Shown piece by piece: positions 41,150-53,950 of a stretch of DNA of 64,000 nt. The stretch is from Sphyrna mokarran (Eukaryota). Positions within the stretch are counted from its first letter, which is position 1; each line of letters opens with the position of its first letter. Both the position numbers and the translations under genes were made by a program. Location of the stretch: positions 48,546,001 to 48,610,000 of the forward strand of contig JAGIQG010000003.1 of NCBI GenBank assembly GCA_024679065.1, in the 5' to 3' direction. Below the pieces are notes generated by a model, which was not told the DNA's origin, searched no databases, and saw only the letters and a list, made by a program, of their open reading frames with translations.

Positions 41150-43200
41150 GACCCATCAGTGCAAGAAGAAGATGAAGTGTTTGAAAACGAAGATGGATCT
41201 CCAGGAATGTTTTGCAGCTGTAAAATAGGCTCCTCAATGACAAAGCTGGAAGATGCTTCTCCACACTGCTGTGCTGTTTAGGCCTGCTGGCAGTCGCTAT
41301 GCTGAACACTGGAGGCAGCCCCAAGGATTGTTCAGGTGTACACCACATTGTTGCAGATGTGTTTTATACCAGTGTGCTTTTCTGCTGATGTCATGGGGAA
41401 TCGGGCAAAGGCTGAAGTTTCCACTGTTCTCCAATCACCTGGCATCTCCTCTGCAGCCAGAGAGGAATTGAAAACGTGGGTCAGAGCCTCTGCAATTGCC
41501 ATACTTGCCTTTCACAGCCGCATTGGGAACAGTTCACCTGGACATTTATCCACTTTTAAGATTGCCAACACCTCCAATACCTTGCCCTTCCATATGTCAA
41601 TTTGCTCAAGAAACTCACAGTTTCTCTCCCTGAATTCCATACCATTGTCCTCATTCTCTGGGTGAAGGCTATTGTGGAATATTTATTCAATACTCTACCA
41701 ATGTCTTCTGGCTCCATCCACAGATTGCACCCATGGTCCCAGTTGGGCTGTATTCATTCCCTGGTTATCCTCTTCCGATATATTTAGAGAATATCTTGGG
41801 ATTTTCCCGACTTTTACCAGCCAGAGGTTTCTCGTAGTCAACCTTTGCACTCCTAATTGCTTTCTCAAGCTCCGCCCTACACTTTGTGTACCTCACTAAC
41901 GTTTCCACTGATTTGCTGTCCTTGTACTATTTAAAAGCCTTCCCTTCCCTTCTCATTATACCCTGAATATCTCTGATAATCCATGGTTCTCTGGGCTTGT
42001 TATTCCTATCTACCATCCTGGAGGGAACATGCTGTGCTTGCACCCTCCCCATTTCTATTTGAATGCACCCCCTTCTCACCCCCCAAACCGCTCTTCTGTA
42101 GACTTTCCTATTAGTAGCTGTTCCCAGTCTACCCTGACCAGACACTTACTTATTTTACCAAAATCCACTCTTCCCAATCCAAATCTTTTATTTTGTCTTT
42201 TTCCTTGGTCAATACAAACTTGAAATTACTTTTTTAGTAAAAGTAACTGTTTTCACGAAAACAATTAGTGCTCCCAACAGCACCTCACTCACCTGTCCGG
42301 CTTCATTCTCCAGAATCAGGTCCAGTGCAACTCCCTCCCTTATTGGGTCCTCCACTATATTGATTAAAAAGTTCTCCTATACACATTACAAGAAAACTAC
42401 TTCATCTAAACCCTTAATATTATGTATATCCAAGTTAATGTTGGAAGAGTTGAAATCGCCTAATATAATAACACTATTGTTATTATTTTTACATACTTCC
42501 ACAAAATGAGCACATATTTGCTCCTCAATTTCTCTCTATCTATGACTGCTCCTGTTTTATTCTGAAGCTCTACCTACAAAACTTAATTTGATGCTCCCCC
42601 CCAAATATCATCTCTTCTTAATAGAGTAAATGACTTGTTAACTAATAATGTAATGCCTTCTCCTCTTTTACTTCCTCTGCTGTCTGGCCTGAAGATTCAA
42701 TATCTCAGAATGTTGAGTTGCTTTTAGTATTTAGCTTCTCATATTCTCTATACAGAACTGCTTTCTTAATTCTTCTACCTATGTCATTGGTAACTACATG
42801 GACAACAATCATTGGGACCTTCCCCTTTAAGTGTACATTTGTCTCCAGCACTGAGCAGATGTCCCAAGCCTTGGTAATGGGCAGACAACACAGTCTCCTG
42901 GATTCTCATTCTTTGCCCTCCTTCCCCCTCCAGCCCCACCCCACCCCCAAATATATTGTCCCTTACTGCCCATTATATTCCTTTCTGCTCCTCCTGCTTG
43001 AATATTCCCCTACTTAAATGTTTTCCTGTACTACAATGCATTGGTCAGTTTGCTCATCCACCCTTCAGATTCACTCTCATCTAAAGAAGCTGAGAGAACC
43101 TCAAACCTATTGGACAATGGAAAGGCTGAGGTTCCTGAGCTCCTGCCCTCTGTGTCCCCTAATCTGTCCCACTCGCAGTCACACCCTGACCACTAACCAA
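41150..43200 (-). mobile_element. Decayed CR1-type LINE (endonuclease region and ORF1)
   Basis: 'REPWIIRDIQGIMRR' in ORF 41927..42145; antisense 'gttggaagagttgaaatcgcctaat' (GDFN.PN.) near 42440; ORF1-like sequence at 42780-42910. Confidence 0.7.
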
Positions 43201-45589
43201 ATCCAGAGGTCACTCCTAATTTTACTTTTCATTTTGCTGTTGTGTGTTGTCTAGGTGTTCAGAGAGAAAGAGAGTATGTGCATTAGTGTCTTCTTCAAAA
43301 GGTAAGTGCAAATATGTAAGGCTTCTGTTTGTTCTGCAGATGCTGAAAGGAAGAGAAAATAATAAGAGATCAGGTTGGAATAGTATTGAATAGAAAGCAG
43401 GGATTTTACAGGATGTATGATATTCGGTCTGTTTGGCATTCTGTGACATAGTCTAGTGACACTGGCTACAGGATTAGATTGGCATTGAATTATATCACAA
43501 GAGGTTATTAGAACCAACTGTAGGTGAGATTCTGTGTCCACACGCTAGATAGACCAATGAACTCTCCACAAATATTGATATTTGAAGAGAGGATTAAAAA
43601 AAGGAAGTTGATGTAAAACAGCAGATAAAACCCCAGATATCAACAGGATGAAGTTCCCAAATTATAACCATTTTTTATAAATTGAGGATATCAGCCTTTG
43701 ATAACCATTGTTTATAAATCATTAATCTGATTTGTACAAATATTTGCTATGGTTTGGGAAGAAAATCAATTGCAACTAAAAGCTGAATATAGTTGAGAAA
43801 CAAGAGTCATGCTTAACATGAATATGCCCTCAAGGATGGTTACCAGTTTTGATTTCGTCCAGTAGATGGGGTGGTTCAAAGCTCCATTTTGGAGGGAACG
43901 CTCGTAAAAGTGTTATTCTATATCAATATGGGATGCCTCAGGTTGGCAATTCGTGAAACAACATTAATAATTTGCCAGTGCTCTTTAAGATGATTTAAAT
44001 CTTGTGGCAACCATATAGTGAGGTAGTAATCATTTTAAATGTTTTGTAACTATACCTCCCTTAAAATACTGGTTCACAGAATTCCTGTCATCCCCACCTA
44101 AAAAAAAAGTGCAAACATATTAATGGATCCAAAGTAAAAATAAATTGGTAAGTTATTCTAATGAAAACTTATTAATCTAAAGTTCCAACTCTCTTCACAA
44201 ATGCTACCTGGCTTGCTGAGTATTTCCAGCATTTTCTGTTCTTATTTGGAAAGTAACCTCTTTAGCAAATGGCATAATAAAAAGCTATTCCATTTTATAC
44301 ATTTTTTCCAGAGACCTCAGTAATTAAAATGTTATGTTTCTTGTATTGATTCTATACATCTATTCAATGGAATAGGCAAGAATACAGACTGCAGCCTCAC
44401 AATCCAGCCAAGTGCCTAAATATACACTAAGTACTCAGGCGAAACTGCTCAAGTGAAGGCAACTCTGTGCCATTGCATGAGCACCCGAGTTCACATGTGC
44501 CTTTGCATATAGTGTCTTTCAGCTATTATAAATCATGACTCCCCACTGTGAACTCAGGTACCCCAGACTATATGCTCTTCATTATTAACTTTAGAAAGGG
44601 ACAGAATCAGATTTTCAGTCTGTGAACAAATTAACAGCAAATAAATAAGAAGCATGCAGGTTGCTGATTTCTCTCTCCCTCTTCCCTCCAACCTCCCTCC
44701 CTCCCCTCCATGACCCCCTCTTTAAAAGTTTCAATGTTTCCCAGATGCATCAGGAGACTGAGATATCATCTGAGTGAATAATTTTCAACGTGCACCAGCA
44801 ATCAACCTCACCTCTATGCGCAACTGAAATTCACCCCACAATGTCTGATAAAATACAGATGTCAACTGAGTTAAAATGTTGTGAAATACTTTCTTACACA
44901 AGTTATGGTAAATCCAATTTTTCAATTGTTCAAGTCAAATATTTCAAGATCAATATAAAATTCTGAATACATAATGCAAATAGAAAGCAAACTGCATCAT
45001 TGCACTCACCTGCTCACACTTTGTTGGAAAGATGTCACCCATTAACAAATCAATAAATATCTCTTAGCATTTGCAAAAGAATTAACGTACAATGATTTTG
45101 TAACATGCTATTAAACACATTGGGCAGTGGGGAGTGGGATGGAACATCAACCATCTAGCAAGAAACTGATAGGGCTGCACTCCACCCACATTAAAATTGA
45201 TCTGGGTCATGTGTGGAGAGTGGCTCTGATCCTATCAGTTTGCCTCCAAGTGCTTTAGATTAAAATTCATCTCATCCACATGTGGTTCAGGTCATATGAT
45301 TGATCCATTGTCATCTTTTTTGCAGGCCTGTGAAGATTCAATTTACATTCCACGAATGCCTCATTTGTGGTTGAACAGATCTCAAAATAGTTTGTCACCA
45401 AATTATCTACCATACAACCCAGTCATCTACTTGCTCCACTGAAAACAGTTATGCCAATCATAACATCACAAATAAGTGTAAACAAAACTATTTTACAAAC
45501 ATTGCAAATAAAAAAAAGGTGGTCATTATAGAAGTCACAAACTTTTAATTAATTTATCAGTCTGAGGCAGAAAATAGGCAAATAGGTGA

Positions 45590-47050
45590 TTTTTTAATCT
45601 TCCTTCTAAGGCATTCTTCATCATCAACTGCAAGCTTTAGCCAATTAGTCACTGCAGCTAACATCAAGAAACAGCTGACACAGCAAAGTTTATTGGCCTA
45701 ATGACATTCCAACTGCAGTACTAAAGACTGGTATTCCGGAAGTAACTGAACTCCTAGCCGAGCAATTCTAGCACAGTTGCATTGCTGTCCACAAGAAACA
45801 GGACAAATGCACCCTGCCAAATATAGCTACATCAGCTAACAGCCAATCATCAAAGTGAAGGGAGGAGTCATTACCTAGTGCATTCATTAATAACTTGCTC
45901 ACCAGTTTGAGTTCAGCCATTGCTGCTTGACTCCAGACGTCAATACAGTCTTGATCAACATAAACAAATTATATGTGAGAGGTGAGACGGGAGTGACTAC
46001 CCTTATCATTAAGCAGCATTTGGCTAACTGAGACTCCATGGATTTAAGTACAAATGAAGTCAGTGGGTCATCATTTAGAAACTCTCCAGTGACTGGAGTC
46101 AAACCTGTCATTAAGGAAGATAGTTGAAAGTGTTGGAGGCCAGTCGTTTTACCATAACCCCCACCCACTCCAGGGATTGTCATCAAGAGTTATTTGGGAG
46201 AAGTATTAGAGCTAACAATCAACAGATGCTATGTTTTCTCCATCGTATAGAAATTGACTAGTGACTCTCAATATTGAAGTCAAGGTGCAGTTCCTCAGAT
46301 AATTAAGCAGTCCACATCTAAAAGCAGATGGACCCAAGCAACAAGCAGTTTGAAATAATTAATGGCAAATACCATTTCTATGTTCAACTGTCAGGCAATA
46401 GCCACTTCCAAACAATAGTCCACAACCACCTTCATGTGGTATCCAATGTTATTACTACTGCTCAGTTTTCCATTATCAACATCCTCAGAATCACAATTAA
46501 TCAAAAACGCAATTATATCAGCCACATAATTATCATAGCCAATAAAGCAAGACAGAGGCTGGATACTCTTCGATAAGCAGCACATCATTAATTCCATAAA
46601 GCCTCTCCACCACCATAAAATGATGAGGAAGGGGTATGATGGAATATGCACAACTTGGATGGATGCAACCATCAGTTCAATGAAGAAGCAATGAAGAATC
46701 CAGTATACGGTAGTCAGCATGATGCCCTTCATTCACTGGCTTAAATATTGGTTCCCATCATGGCATCTTCAGCAGCATGTCCCAAACCTGCAACCTTCAT
46801 CAACTTGAAGGATAGCGACCATGTTTACATGAAAACTCCATCACAACCATATTCCTCTTCAAGTCACAGAACATCATGACCTGGGCATATGTCATTATTC
46901 CTGGGGTCAAAATCCTGGAACTCATGACCAAGCACAGCATGGGAACATCTTCATTAAACAGACTCCATTGGATCAATGCAACCAACTACAGTTGCTCAGG
47001 GCAACTAGCTACGGGCAAGAAATTCTGACCTTGCCCACAATACCCATTTA
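45590..47050 (+). mobile_element. Decayed LINE (CR1/L2 clade; same tail as the SacSINE1-like element)
   Basis: 'ccagtttgagttcagcc' (QFGF), 'aaagcaagacagaggctgg', tail 'agggcaactagctacgggcaagaaattctgaccttgccc'. Confidence 0.6.
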
Positions 47051-47439
47051 CAGAGATTGAGGTGTATAAAAAGTAACGATTTCAAATTCAGGACTATTTT
47101 GAATGCTAAGAGGTGAACTACATATTAACAAAGTTACCTCAGGTTGCAACTGAGATTAAATGCACTCCTGGAGGTTTCACGGCATGACTTTACCCAGCTC
47201 CAGCCACTGGTGGGTCAATGTACCCATCCTTGGGACCAGAGCCTTCCTGGCCAATTAGAAAGGAAAATAAAGTCAAACCCCAATTGGATGATGCTTGACT
47301 GTCAAGCAGATGCCCTCTCTCCACCCCTCCTCCCACGATTTTCAATATATTTATATTTGGTGAAGAAAAAAATGAAAATACAAATGTTTTAATGTCCCGA
47401 TAATTTTTCTGCAGCATTGTACGCAACAATCTACAATAT

Positions 47440-48360
47440 TTGGCGATTCCAGGCCAATCCTGGAGGATTCTCAACCCAATCGCCTGAGTCGGGCAGGGCC
47501 CACGGAGACGGAAAATTGGCGTTAACCAGACGATAAATCCGCTGATCTCATTTCCAGACCAGCACTGCCCGGTGAACGCCGATTTCAACGAGTGTGAAAT
47601 CGACGCACACGGAGCTAGGGAATCTGACAGCCAACTCGGCGTCATGGCAACTTCCAAAACAAAATGTTCCAACAAACTTGAATGGGCTGTGGATCTGGAC
47701 AAAGGAGAGAGAGTTTGTAAAGCTAAGAAAAGACGAACAGACCGAGCTAAAAGTTGTGGTAAGAATTTTCTTACCAGCCTGTCCTCCTGCGGGCAGCTCA
47801 GTGGCCTTTGGGTCGCTGTGCGTCGCCAGCTGTCGCTGCTTTCTCCCGGCGAGGCCTCTGGAGCTCAAAGCTTGCATGGAGCCGGCCAGCTTTCTGCCTG
47901 CGAAAGAGCTTCTTGCCCTCATGATCTGAATCAAACCGTCCTCTCTCCAGTCACATGAGAAAGGCCGTGTAAAAAAAAATCACGTATGTAAATCAGAAAT
48001 AGCGTGAGATAAAATGTTACTGGCACACGGCTCGAAATTGAGTTAAGGAACGTGCTGTGTTGGGAATGCACCTTCTTAACACCTGTCCTATCCCTTCTGG
48101 ACTGCGCACCTGCCAGGTTCCCGAGTAAAGAGGCAGCTCCTCTCACCTTCCAAGTATGGCCCGTGTGCACATCCGCGCTCCCCAGTCAACACATAGGCCT
48201 CTAAAGCTACATTTGATCATCGAATAGAGACACTTTGACATTGAGGTTGGAATATCTGAACTTGCACTTACTTTAGTGGACGCGCTTATTTTTGCAAGAT
48301 GAAATAGCAGGAACGTGTGATCCTTAGAATGCCAGTTCGGCTGTCTGTGCACCACCTTTT
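47440..48360. promoter_or_regulatory. CpG-rich element just 3' of SHOX2 (enhancer or promoter candidate)
   Basis: CpG density rises abruptly relative to the flanking desert. Contains TGACAG (47625-47630) and X-box-like GTCATGGCAAC (47641-47651); no recognisable repeat. Confidence 0.5.
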
Positions 48361-48904
48361 GTTCACAGCGAATTTTTCAAAATACACATGTCAAATTTAT
48401 CAAACTAATTCAACTTATTAACCAACATGTTAAATGCATACTAGGTTTCCCCCACTGCTCTTTACCCAAATCTTTTGTTGCATTGTATACGGGTGACACT
48501 TTGCACAATTCGAGATTATTTGTCTTTTTTGTTGTTGCTCCGTGTATTTATCTTTGAGTATTTCAAACTGGAGAAGTAGAACCAACAAGGGACTGTAAAT
48601 ATTATCACACCATTAGCAGAAGTTGATCAGAATGTTCTGATATATTCTCCGGTGTGTTTGAAACCATGGAAACCTTTGGCCACGGAAATCTGTTTGCTCG
48701 TATCAAAGATGCAGCTTTTTCTTGCCTTTTATGTCTAAAAATAGCAATTAAACAAAATGACCCATTATAGTAAGATAAACGAGAACAACATCAGTTAAAA
48801 GACTGAGCTCAGGCTGTGATTCTCGAACACAGAAACCGTGTGCAAAATTCAACAAATCCCAAATTTGAAAGCAATGTCCAGGAAGGTAGAAAAGAAAAAC
48901 GATG

Positions 48905-50062
48905 ATGACTTCAACATATTTTAATTAAATATATAAAATCATTTCACTCTGCCTTGGCACTTGTTGCAATAGATGCAACATCGGATCGATATCAGTTGAT
49001 TTTCGTTAATCAATTTCTTTCAAATTAATTGCATTGACATTAAACCATAGAACTGTACAACAGCGAAGGTTTTGTTTCACGTTTAGAGTCATTGTTGAAC
49101 ACTTGTACAAATAGTCTGTTCGTTTATTATAAATAATCCTAGAATGGTGTAGCTTCTACGAACTGCAAAACATCTTTGTTTCCAAGGTCTACCATGACAG
49201 CGGGGAAAGGCGGTATTACTCTGAGTAATATCCCTGTACAGTGAGCTCTTCAAATTCTGATCTTCATTGATTGAATTAAGGTTTCAATGAAACCAGCACC
49301 TCTTAGAAACGTATCCCATAAACATCTATGTGAAATAAATTCCCACAACAGCACGAGAAATATTTATGAATAAACACACTCCTAGGAAATAAAAATTAAA
49401 TACTGACAGCCTATCAGTCATACACAATTTTAACCAAAATAAACTTTGTTCATGTATCAACATTTTTTTTACAAGAGGGCCGTACCTTATCGTAGGGTTT
49501 AAACCACAAGAGTTTAGTACGGTAAGAATGTAGAATACATAATTTATATCTTTTTATTCTAAAACAAATGGACATCTAGGTAGAATAGGTATAATTATCC
49601 ATTATTTGTTACTGAAAGGAGAAGAAAATAGTACTTATGAAAATGTTAAAATGAAAACCTTTGAAACTATTTTCCTCTCCACACTTGCATAAGCAATGAT
49701 GTGTTCCACCAAGTGCAATTCTGACTCAAAGGACATAAGTATCATTGAAAATAGTATAAATATACATGCAAGTGTCATTCTTCGTATTTCATTTGCTTGT
49801 TCACTCTTGACTCTCATAAACGATTCCTTCGCAGATTTGAAATCCATCTTCCCACTCTGAATGATTACTCCAATGGTTTATGGGAAGCAAAAGGAATTTT
49901 CATTTTGCTTTAGGAGACCAGCCCCTGTGTGCATCAAGGAAAGTTGTGTTTAAAATGAATTTGCAGAAAGCTCACTTCTGAACTCATTCCAGCTGCACGT
50001 CCTCCCTCCCTCGGAGGGTTTTTTTTGTTTTAAGATCTGTGTATTTAGAACCACCGTTCAGA
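48905..50062 (-). other. SHOX2: SHOX2 3' UTR with candidate poly(A) signals
   Basis: Repeat-free AT-rich sequence after the stop. Minus-strand AATAAA at 49553-49558 and 49123-49128; ATTAAA at 48920-48925 followed by U-rich GTTTTTCTTTT (48890-48900). The 3' end is inferred. Confidence 0.6.
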
Positions 50063-50341
50063 TCACAGGCCTAATGCTGCGGCGTGTTTTTTCGCTTTAA
50101 GTCTCAAGTCTGCAATGCTGGAGTTTTTACTGGTGGTTTTGGCTGCTGCTGCGGCTGCCACCACAGTGGCGGATTCTGCCAAGGTGGCCAGGGGCAAACC
50201 AAAGGGCGGTGGCGGGAACATCATGTAGGGCGCATGTGCAGCCAGGTGTGGGTGGAGGTGGTGATGCGCGTGCGCCACGCTGTCCAATTGCAGCTGTGCC
50301 TGGACCTGGAAGGACAGGGGGGTCATGTTGCAATGATTCTC
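50063..50341 (-). CDS. SHOX2: SHOX2 coding exon 5 (279 nt to TGA; His-rich tract, poly-Ala, OAR domain); alternative acceptor at 50305
   Basis: [92 protein letters not shown]. Acceptor TCTGTTTCAG|GA; OAR motif [16 protein letters not shown]. Confidence 0.98.
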   Translation of the reverse strand, partial: ENHCNMTPLSFQVQAQLQLDSVAHAHHHLHPHLAAHAPYMMFPPPPFGLPLATLAESATVVAAAAAAKTTSKNSSIADLRLKAKKHAAALGL

Positions 50342-50429
50342 CTGAAACAGAATGAGAGAGAAAGCGATTACAAACATCTTTTCGCATAAAAGGGCAGTGC
50401 CAACAAATGTATCATCAAAAAGCGAGAAC

Positions 50430-50866
50430 CTAATTGAAAGGCATTAATACATGGATCAATAGACCATATTCATTCTTGAATGAACCTACCTTTCTCTACA
50501 CCCTCAATATGGCTATAACACTACATTCTGCACCGTCTTCTTTCTTTCTCCCTTACATACTCAATGAACGGTATACTTTGTCTGCATAGACCGCATGAAA
50601 CAATATTTTTCATTGAATTTCATTCAGTATATGGGACAATATTAAATGAAATGAAAGGTGCGAGTGTCCCCAGCAAACGCAATTCTATCTTTTATTCTCG
50701 TTCTGTGCTTTTAAAACTGACTCAAATTCTCTCATTATGCTCTCTATACATTTAGCACTTCTTTCCTTTTCCCCTGTGCACTCAATGGATGGTATGCTTT
50801 GTACAGCCCACAGTAAACTATTTTTCACTGTATATCAATACATGTGATAATAATAAATCAAATCAA
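50430..50866 (+). mobile_element. Two tandem retroposon 3'-end fragments in SHOX2 intron 4
   Basis: Related segments ~50500-50655 and ~50735-50866 ('ctcaatg(a/g)a(c/t)ggtat(a/g)ctttgt...tatttttca(t/c)tg'), ending in (aaatg)n / (aaatc)n tails. Confidence 0.55.
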
Positions 50867-52889
50867 AGAAGGAAATGAAAGGGGTAAGTAGAGATGGTCC
50901 ATTGCCTTTCACTCTTGTTTGAATGCTGAATCTGGAGGGTAAGGGGTGGAGGATGTTGGAGAGGTGAAGAGCACTGCAAGTGCTGCACACAATCCCGGAG
51001 CTATCGAATGAATGCACTCCTATTCCTTTGAAGGCGTGAAAACACGATGTCTAAAATAAGACATTTAAAACTGTGGTTCCTGGGGTTTTGAATGAGAATC
51101 TCATCATGAGATTCACGCCAACCCTCGTCTAATTGAATAAATAAAATTTTTTATTTCATCAGCGGTTCTACCAGTCGAATGTTGTCATCAAGTGGACAAT
51201 ATAATGGACTCGAAAGTTATGAGAAAAAATGTTTCTCAATACACAGTAATTAAATCCCATTGTTTCCTAGGAATTATTTTAAAAGTGGTAAACATTGAGT
51301 TACAGAATGTTCAAGGATTTAAGAAATTGTGTCAACAAGGGGGTTTCACTATTCAGATAGTTCTAACTAAAAATAATTTATAAAATGGAACATTGTCTGC
51401 GAAGTGTGTCGGCTTCTGTATCACTTTAAACAACACATTGCCCTCCCCTACCCACGACTAAGAAAGAGCTTTGTGGAAGTTCGCTGCAAGCGAACGGAAT
51501 ATTTGAAATGCATCTGGGAATCATCGAGTTTAAACGGAGCAAGGGCGAGAAGATAAACCTGAATGTTGCATTATTAGGCGAGGTATTCTATAATTTACTG
51601 AGGGAGGGGGAAAGCCTTTGATTATTGGGACTTGGTATCTCAACCACGTTGAGCCCTCTGATTACACTCGATTCCCAACTCAGAGGATGGATATCCGAGT
51701 GAATTCATATCTGTTGAGTTATCCCTCCACAAGATCTCACGTAAAGATACAAAAACATATTCAATTCAGACAGCAATTTATCGCAAAGGAATATATTTTA
51801 CAATGGATAGAACAAAGGAGGTTCAAAACAATCTGTCAGAATCTTTGATTACTTGAAGATGTTAATTTAAAGTAGTTAAGATATTTAAAACAAGTGCACA
51901 GTGAATCAAAGTTGAACTAATATACATAAAATCAATATTTGTCAGGCATAATGGGCAAGTGATGATCTTAAGTCACAGGAAACAGTAAGGCCCCAAAGAA
52001 AGGTTCCAGATTGTGTTAGTGTCGGGTGGAGGTGTTAAGCCTGAATTGGCTTCCAATTCACATCAAGCAAAAAGGTCCATGTGTGTTGACTTGAGATGTT
52101 GCTCTAAGGTTAACGAAGCTAGCAAATACATGTCGAGGTTGAAATATTAATAACTGACAGGTCTCCCAGCATTGCCGGCAAGGGTGAAAACGTGTTAACA
52201 CTCTCTGTTACCTTATATAATAGAGAGGTGAAGATTGTGTATATCGAAGCAAACTGATGGCAGTTAGGAAGTATACTGAATGAAAATTGGAGAAATTGCT
52301 AATGAAAAACAAAAAATAAAAAATAACAAAGCTGTGTTCAAGGTAATGTGTGTAAATGAATAAAATTACCGTTTCAGTTATCAGGTAGCTTGAAAGTTTA
52401 GACAGAAGGTAACTCGAAAATGCAGTACTGTTCAAATTTAATTCAGTGGACGAGATACAGAAGCAAGGCAGGTCGTTCTGCGACATCGGGAGTCTTTCAC
52501 CGGGGTGAAGAATCTGGCAAGTACACCACCTTTAATAAAACACTTCGACATGGAAACCACTTTTCTAACTATAAGAACCATGTCGGAGCGTCAGCAGCAC
52601 TCACGGATTAAGTGGTGGTTTGGCGATCATCAACTACAGCTAAATGAAGACGGTGACTGGACTGAAAATGTCCCCATCTCCCCTCAATGGCGATTAATTG
52701 GCCTTTTCATTTTGGAGTAGTGTCCAAGATGTTGATACTACGGGCTCATTATTAAAATGTTGTTAACAATAATATTAACAAAATTATTCTGACAGAGAGG
52801 AAGACTATAACTTTTTAAAAGGACAAGTGGTGAGTAACTTCCAAAACAGACTATTTCAATTGGAGAGTTGAAAATTAGAACGATTAAAA

Positions 52890-53172
52890 CATCGCCAGGG
52901 ACCCAGGTTCAAGGCAGGCTTTGGGTGACTATCTGTGGGTTTATATATGTTCTTCCAGCGTCTGCGTGGGTTTCGTCCCGGTGCTCTGGTATCTTCCCAC
53001 AGTTCAAAGATATGCAGGTTAAGTTGAATGGCCATGCTAAATTGCCTTTTAGTGTCAGGGATTAGATGGGTAAATATGTGAAGTTACAGGGTCGAAGCTG
53101 GATGAGGTTGTTGTTGGTGCAGGCTAGATGGACCGAATGGTCTCTTTCTGAACTGTGGTAATTCCATGATCC
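52890..53172 (+). mobile_element. HE1-type SINE in SHOX2 intron 4 (antisense to the gene)
   Basis: 'cgccagggacccaggttcaa...gcgtctgcgtgggtttcgtcccggtgctctgg...ggccatgctaaattgcc...gatggaccgaatggtctctttctg'. Confidence 0.85.
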
Positions 53173-53233
53173 TATGACTAGATCTCCATAAATGGCTCCT
53201 GCATGCAATCTGCTTTGGTAGATTTATACTTAC

Positions 53234-53322
53234 CTGTTGAAATGGCATTCTTAAGGCTCCCACATTAACGTACGGGGCCACTCGACAAGCTTCGAACTGA
53301 CTGGTAGTTCCAATAAGCACAC
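53234..53322 (-). CDS. SHOX2: SHOX2 coding exon 4 (89 nt)
   Basis: (G)[29 protein letters not shown]; acceptor TATTTTAG|GT and donor CAG|GTAAGT. Confidence 0.98.
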
Positions 53323-53683
53323 CTAAAATAGAATAAAAAGGAAGTTCAGCTCCTGGTAAAGGTTCTCACCTCACGATAGAGAAATGTTGTTGTCCATTTA
53401 TTTTTGTGACTTCGGATATCTGAATTGTGAAAAAAGGACACTTCCGCTTAAAGCCATGCTAGAGTCTATAGGGATAAAGAATGATTGTAACGTTTACATT
53501 TTTGTTCTCACCCATTGCCCCCTCACCAGCCCTCAGATCCAAACTAAAATGTACTCCTCTAATCATGGGCTCACACTCTTGGGTGAAGGCATTGCGTATT
53601 TGAATGTTACATCAATGCATTAAACTGTATGTGTCAGAATTAAGTGTGTCACCGTGGCCGTGTCTGTAATTTAACAAACATAC

Positions 53684-53741
53684 CTTTATGAAGTTGATTC
53701 TCTTGCTTTCGACATTTTGCTCTCCTATTCTGAAACCATAC
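53684..53741 (-). CDS. SHOX2: SHOX2 coding exon 3 (58 nt; recognition helix, Q50)
   Basis: Manual translation [19 protein letters not shown](G). Acceptor TTTTTTGCCCATAG|GT and donor AAG|GTATGT. 'NQLHK' fits SHOX2 (SHOX has NQMHK). Confidence 0.98.
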
Positions 53742-53931
53742 CTATGGGCAAAAAAAATGAAGTAATTTAATGCCAATGATTGGCAGCTGCATCTCAGATG
53801 TACGAGTTCGACTGTTCAAACTGACAACTATGCGAAGCAATATCCCGTCGGACTTATTAATTATTAATGTGATTGACCTCGTTTATTTTAATTATCTGAC
53901 TCTTACATACACCATGCCTGGCAACCTTGTC

Positions 53932-53950
53932 GGGGGGGGGGGGGGGGGGG
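53932..53950 (+). repeat. G19 homopolymer in SHOX2 intron 2
   Basis: Directly visible run of 19 G. Confidence 0.9.

Noticed and set aside
47190-47958. 128-170 aa ORFs as a novel protein-coding gene
   Set aside because: Several frames on both strands are open, as expected in GC-rich stop-poor DNA, with no family similarity. Kept only as a non-coding candidate.
50004-50026. Hairpin CCCTCC-CTC-GGAGGG followed by T8, resembling a rho-independent terminator
   Set aside because: Eukaryotic locus; it lies antisense within the SHOX2 3' UTR, and a 6-bp stem is expected by chance.
50084-50389. Plus-strand and alternate-frame ORFs over the last SHOX2 exon
   Set aside because: Shadow ORFs of GC-rich coding sequence.
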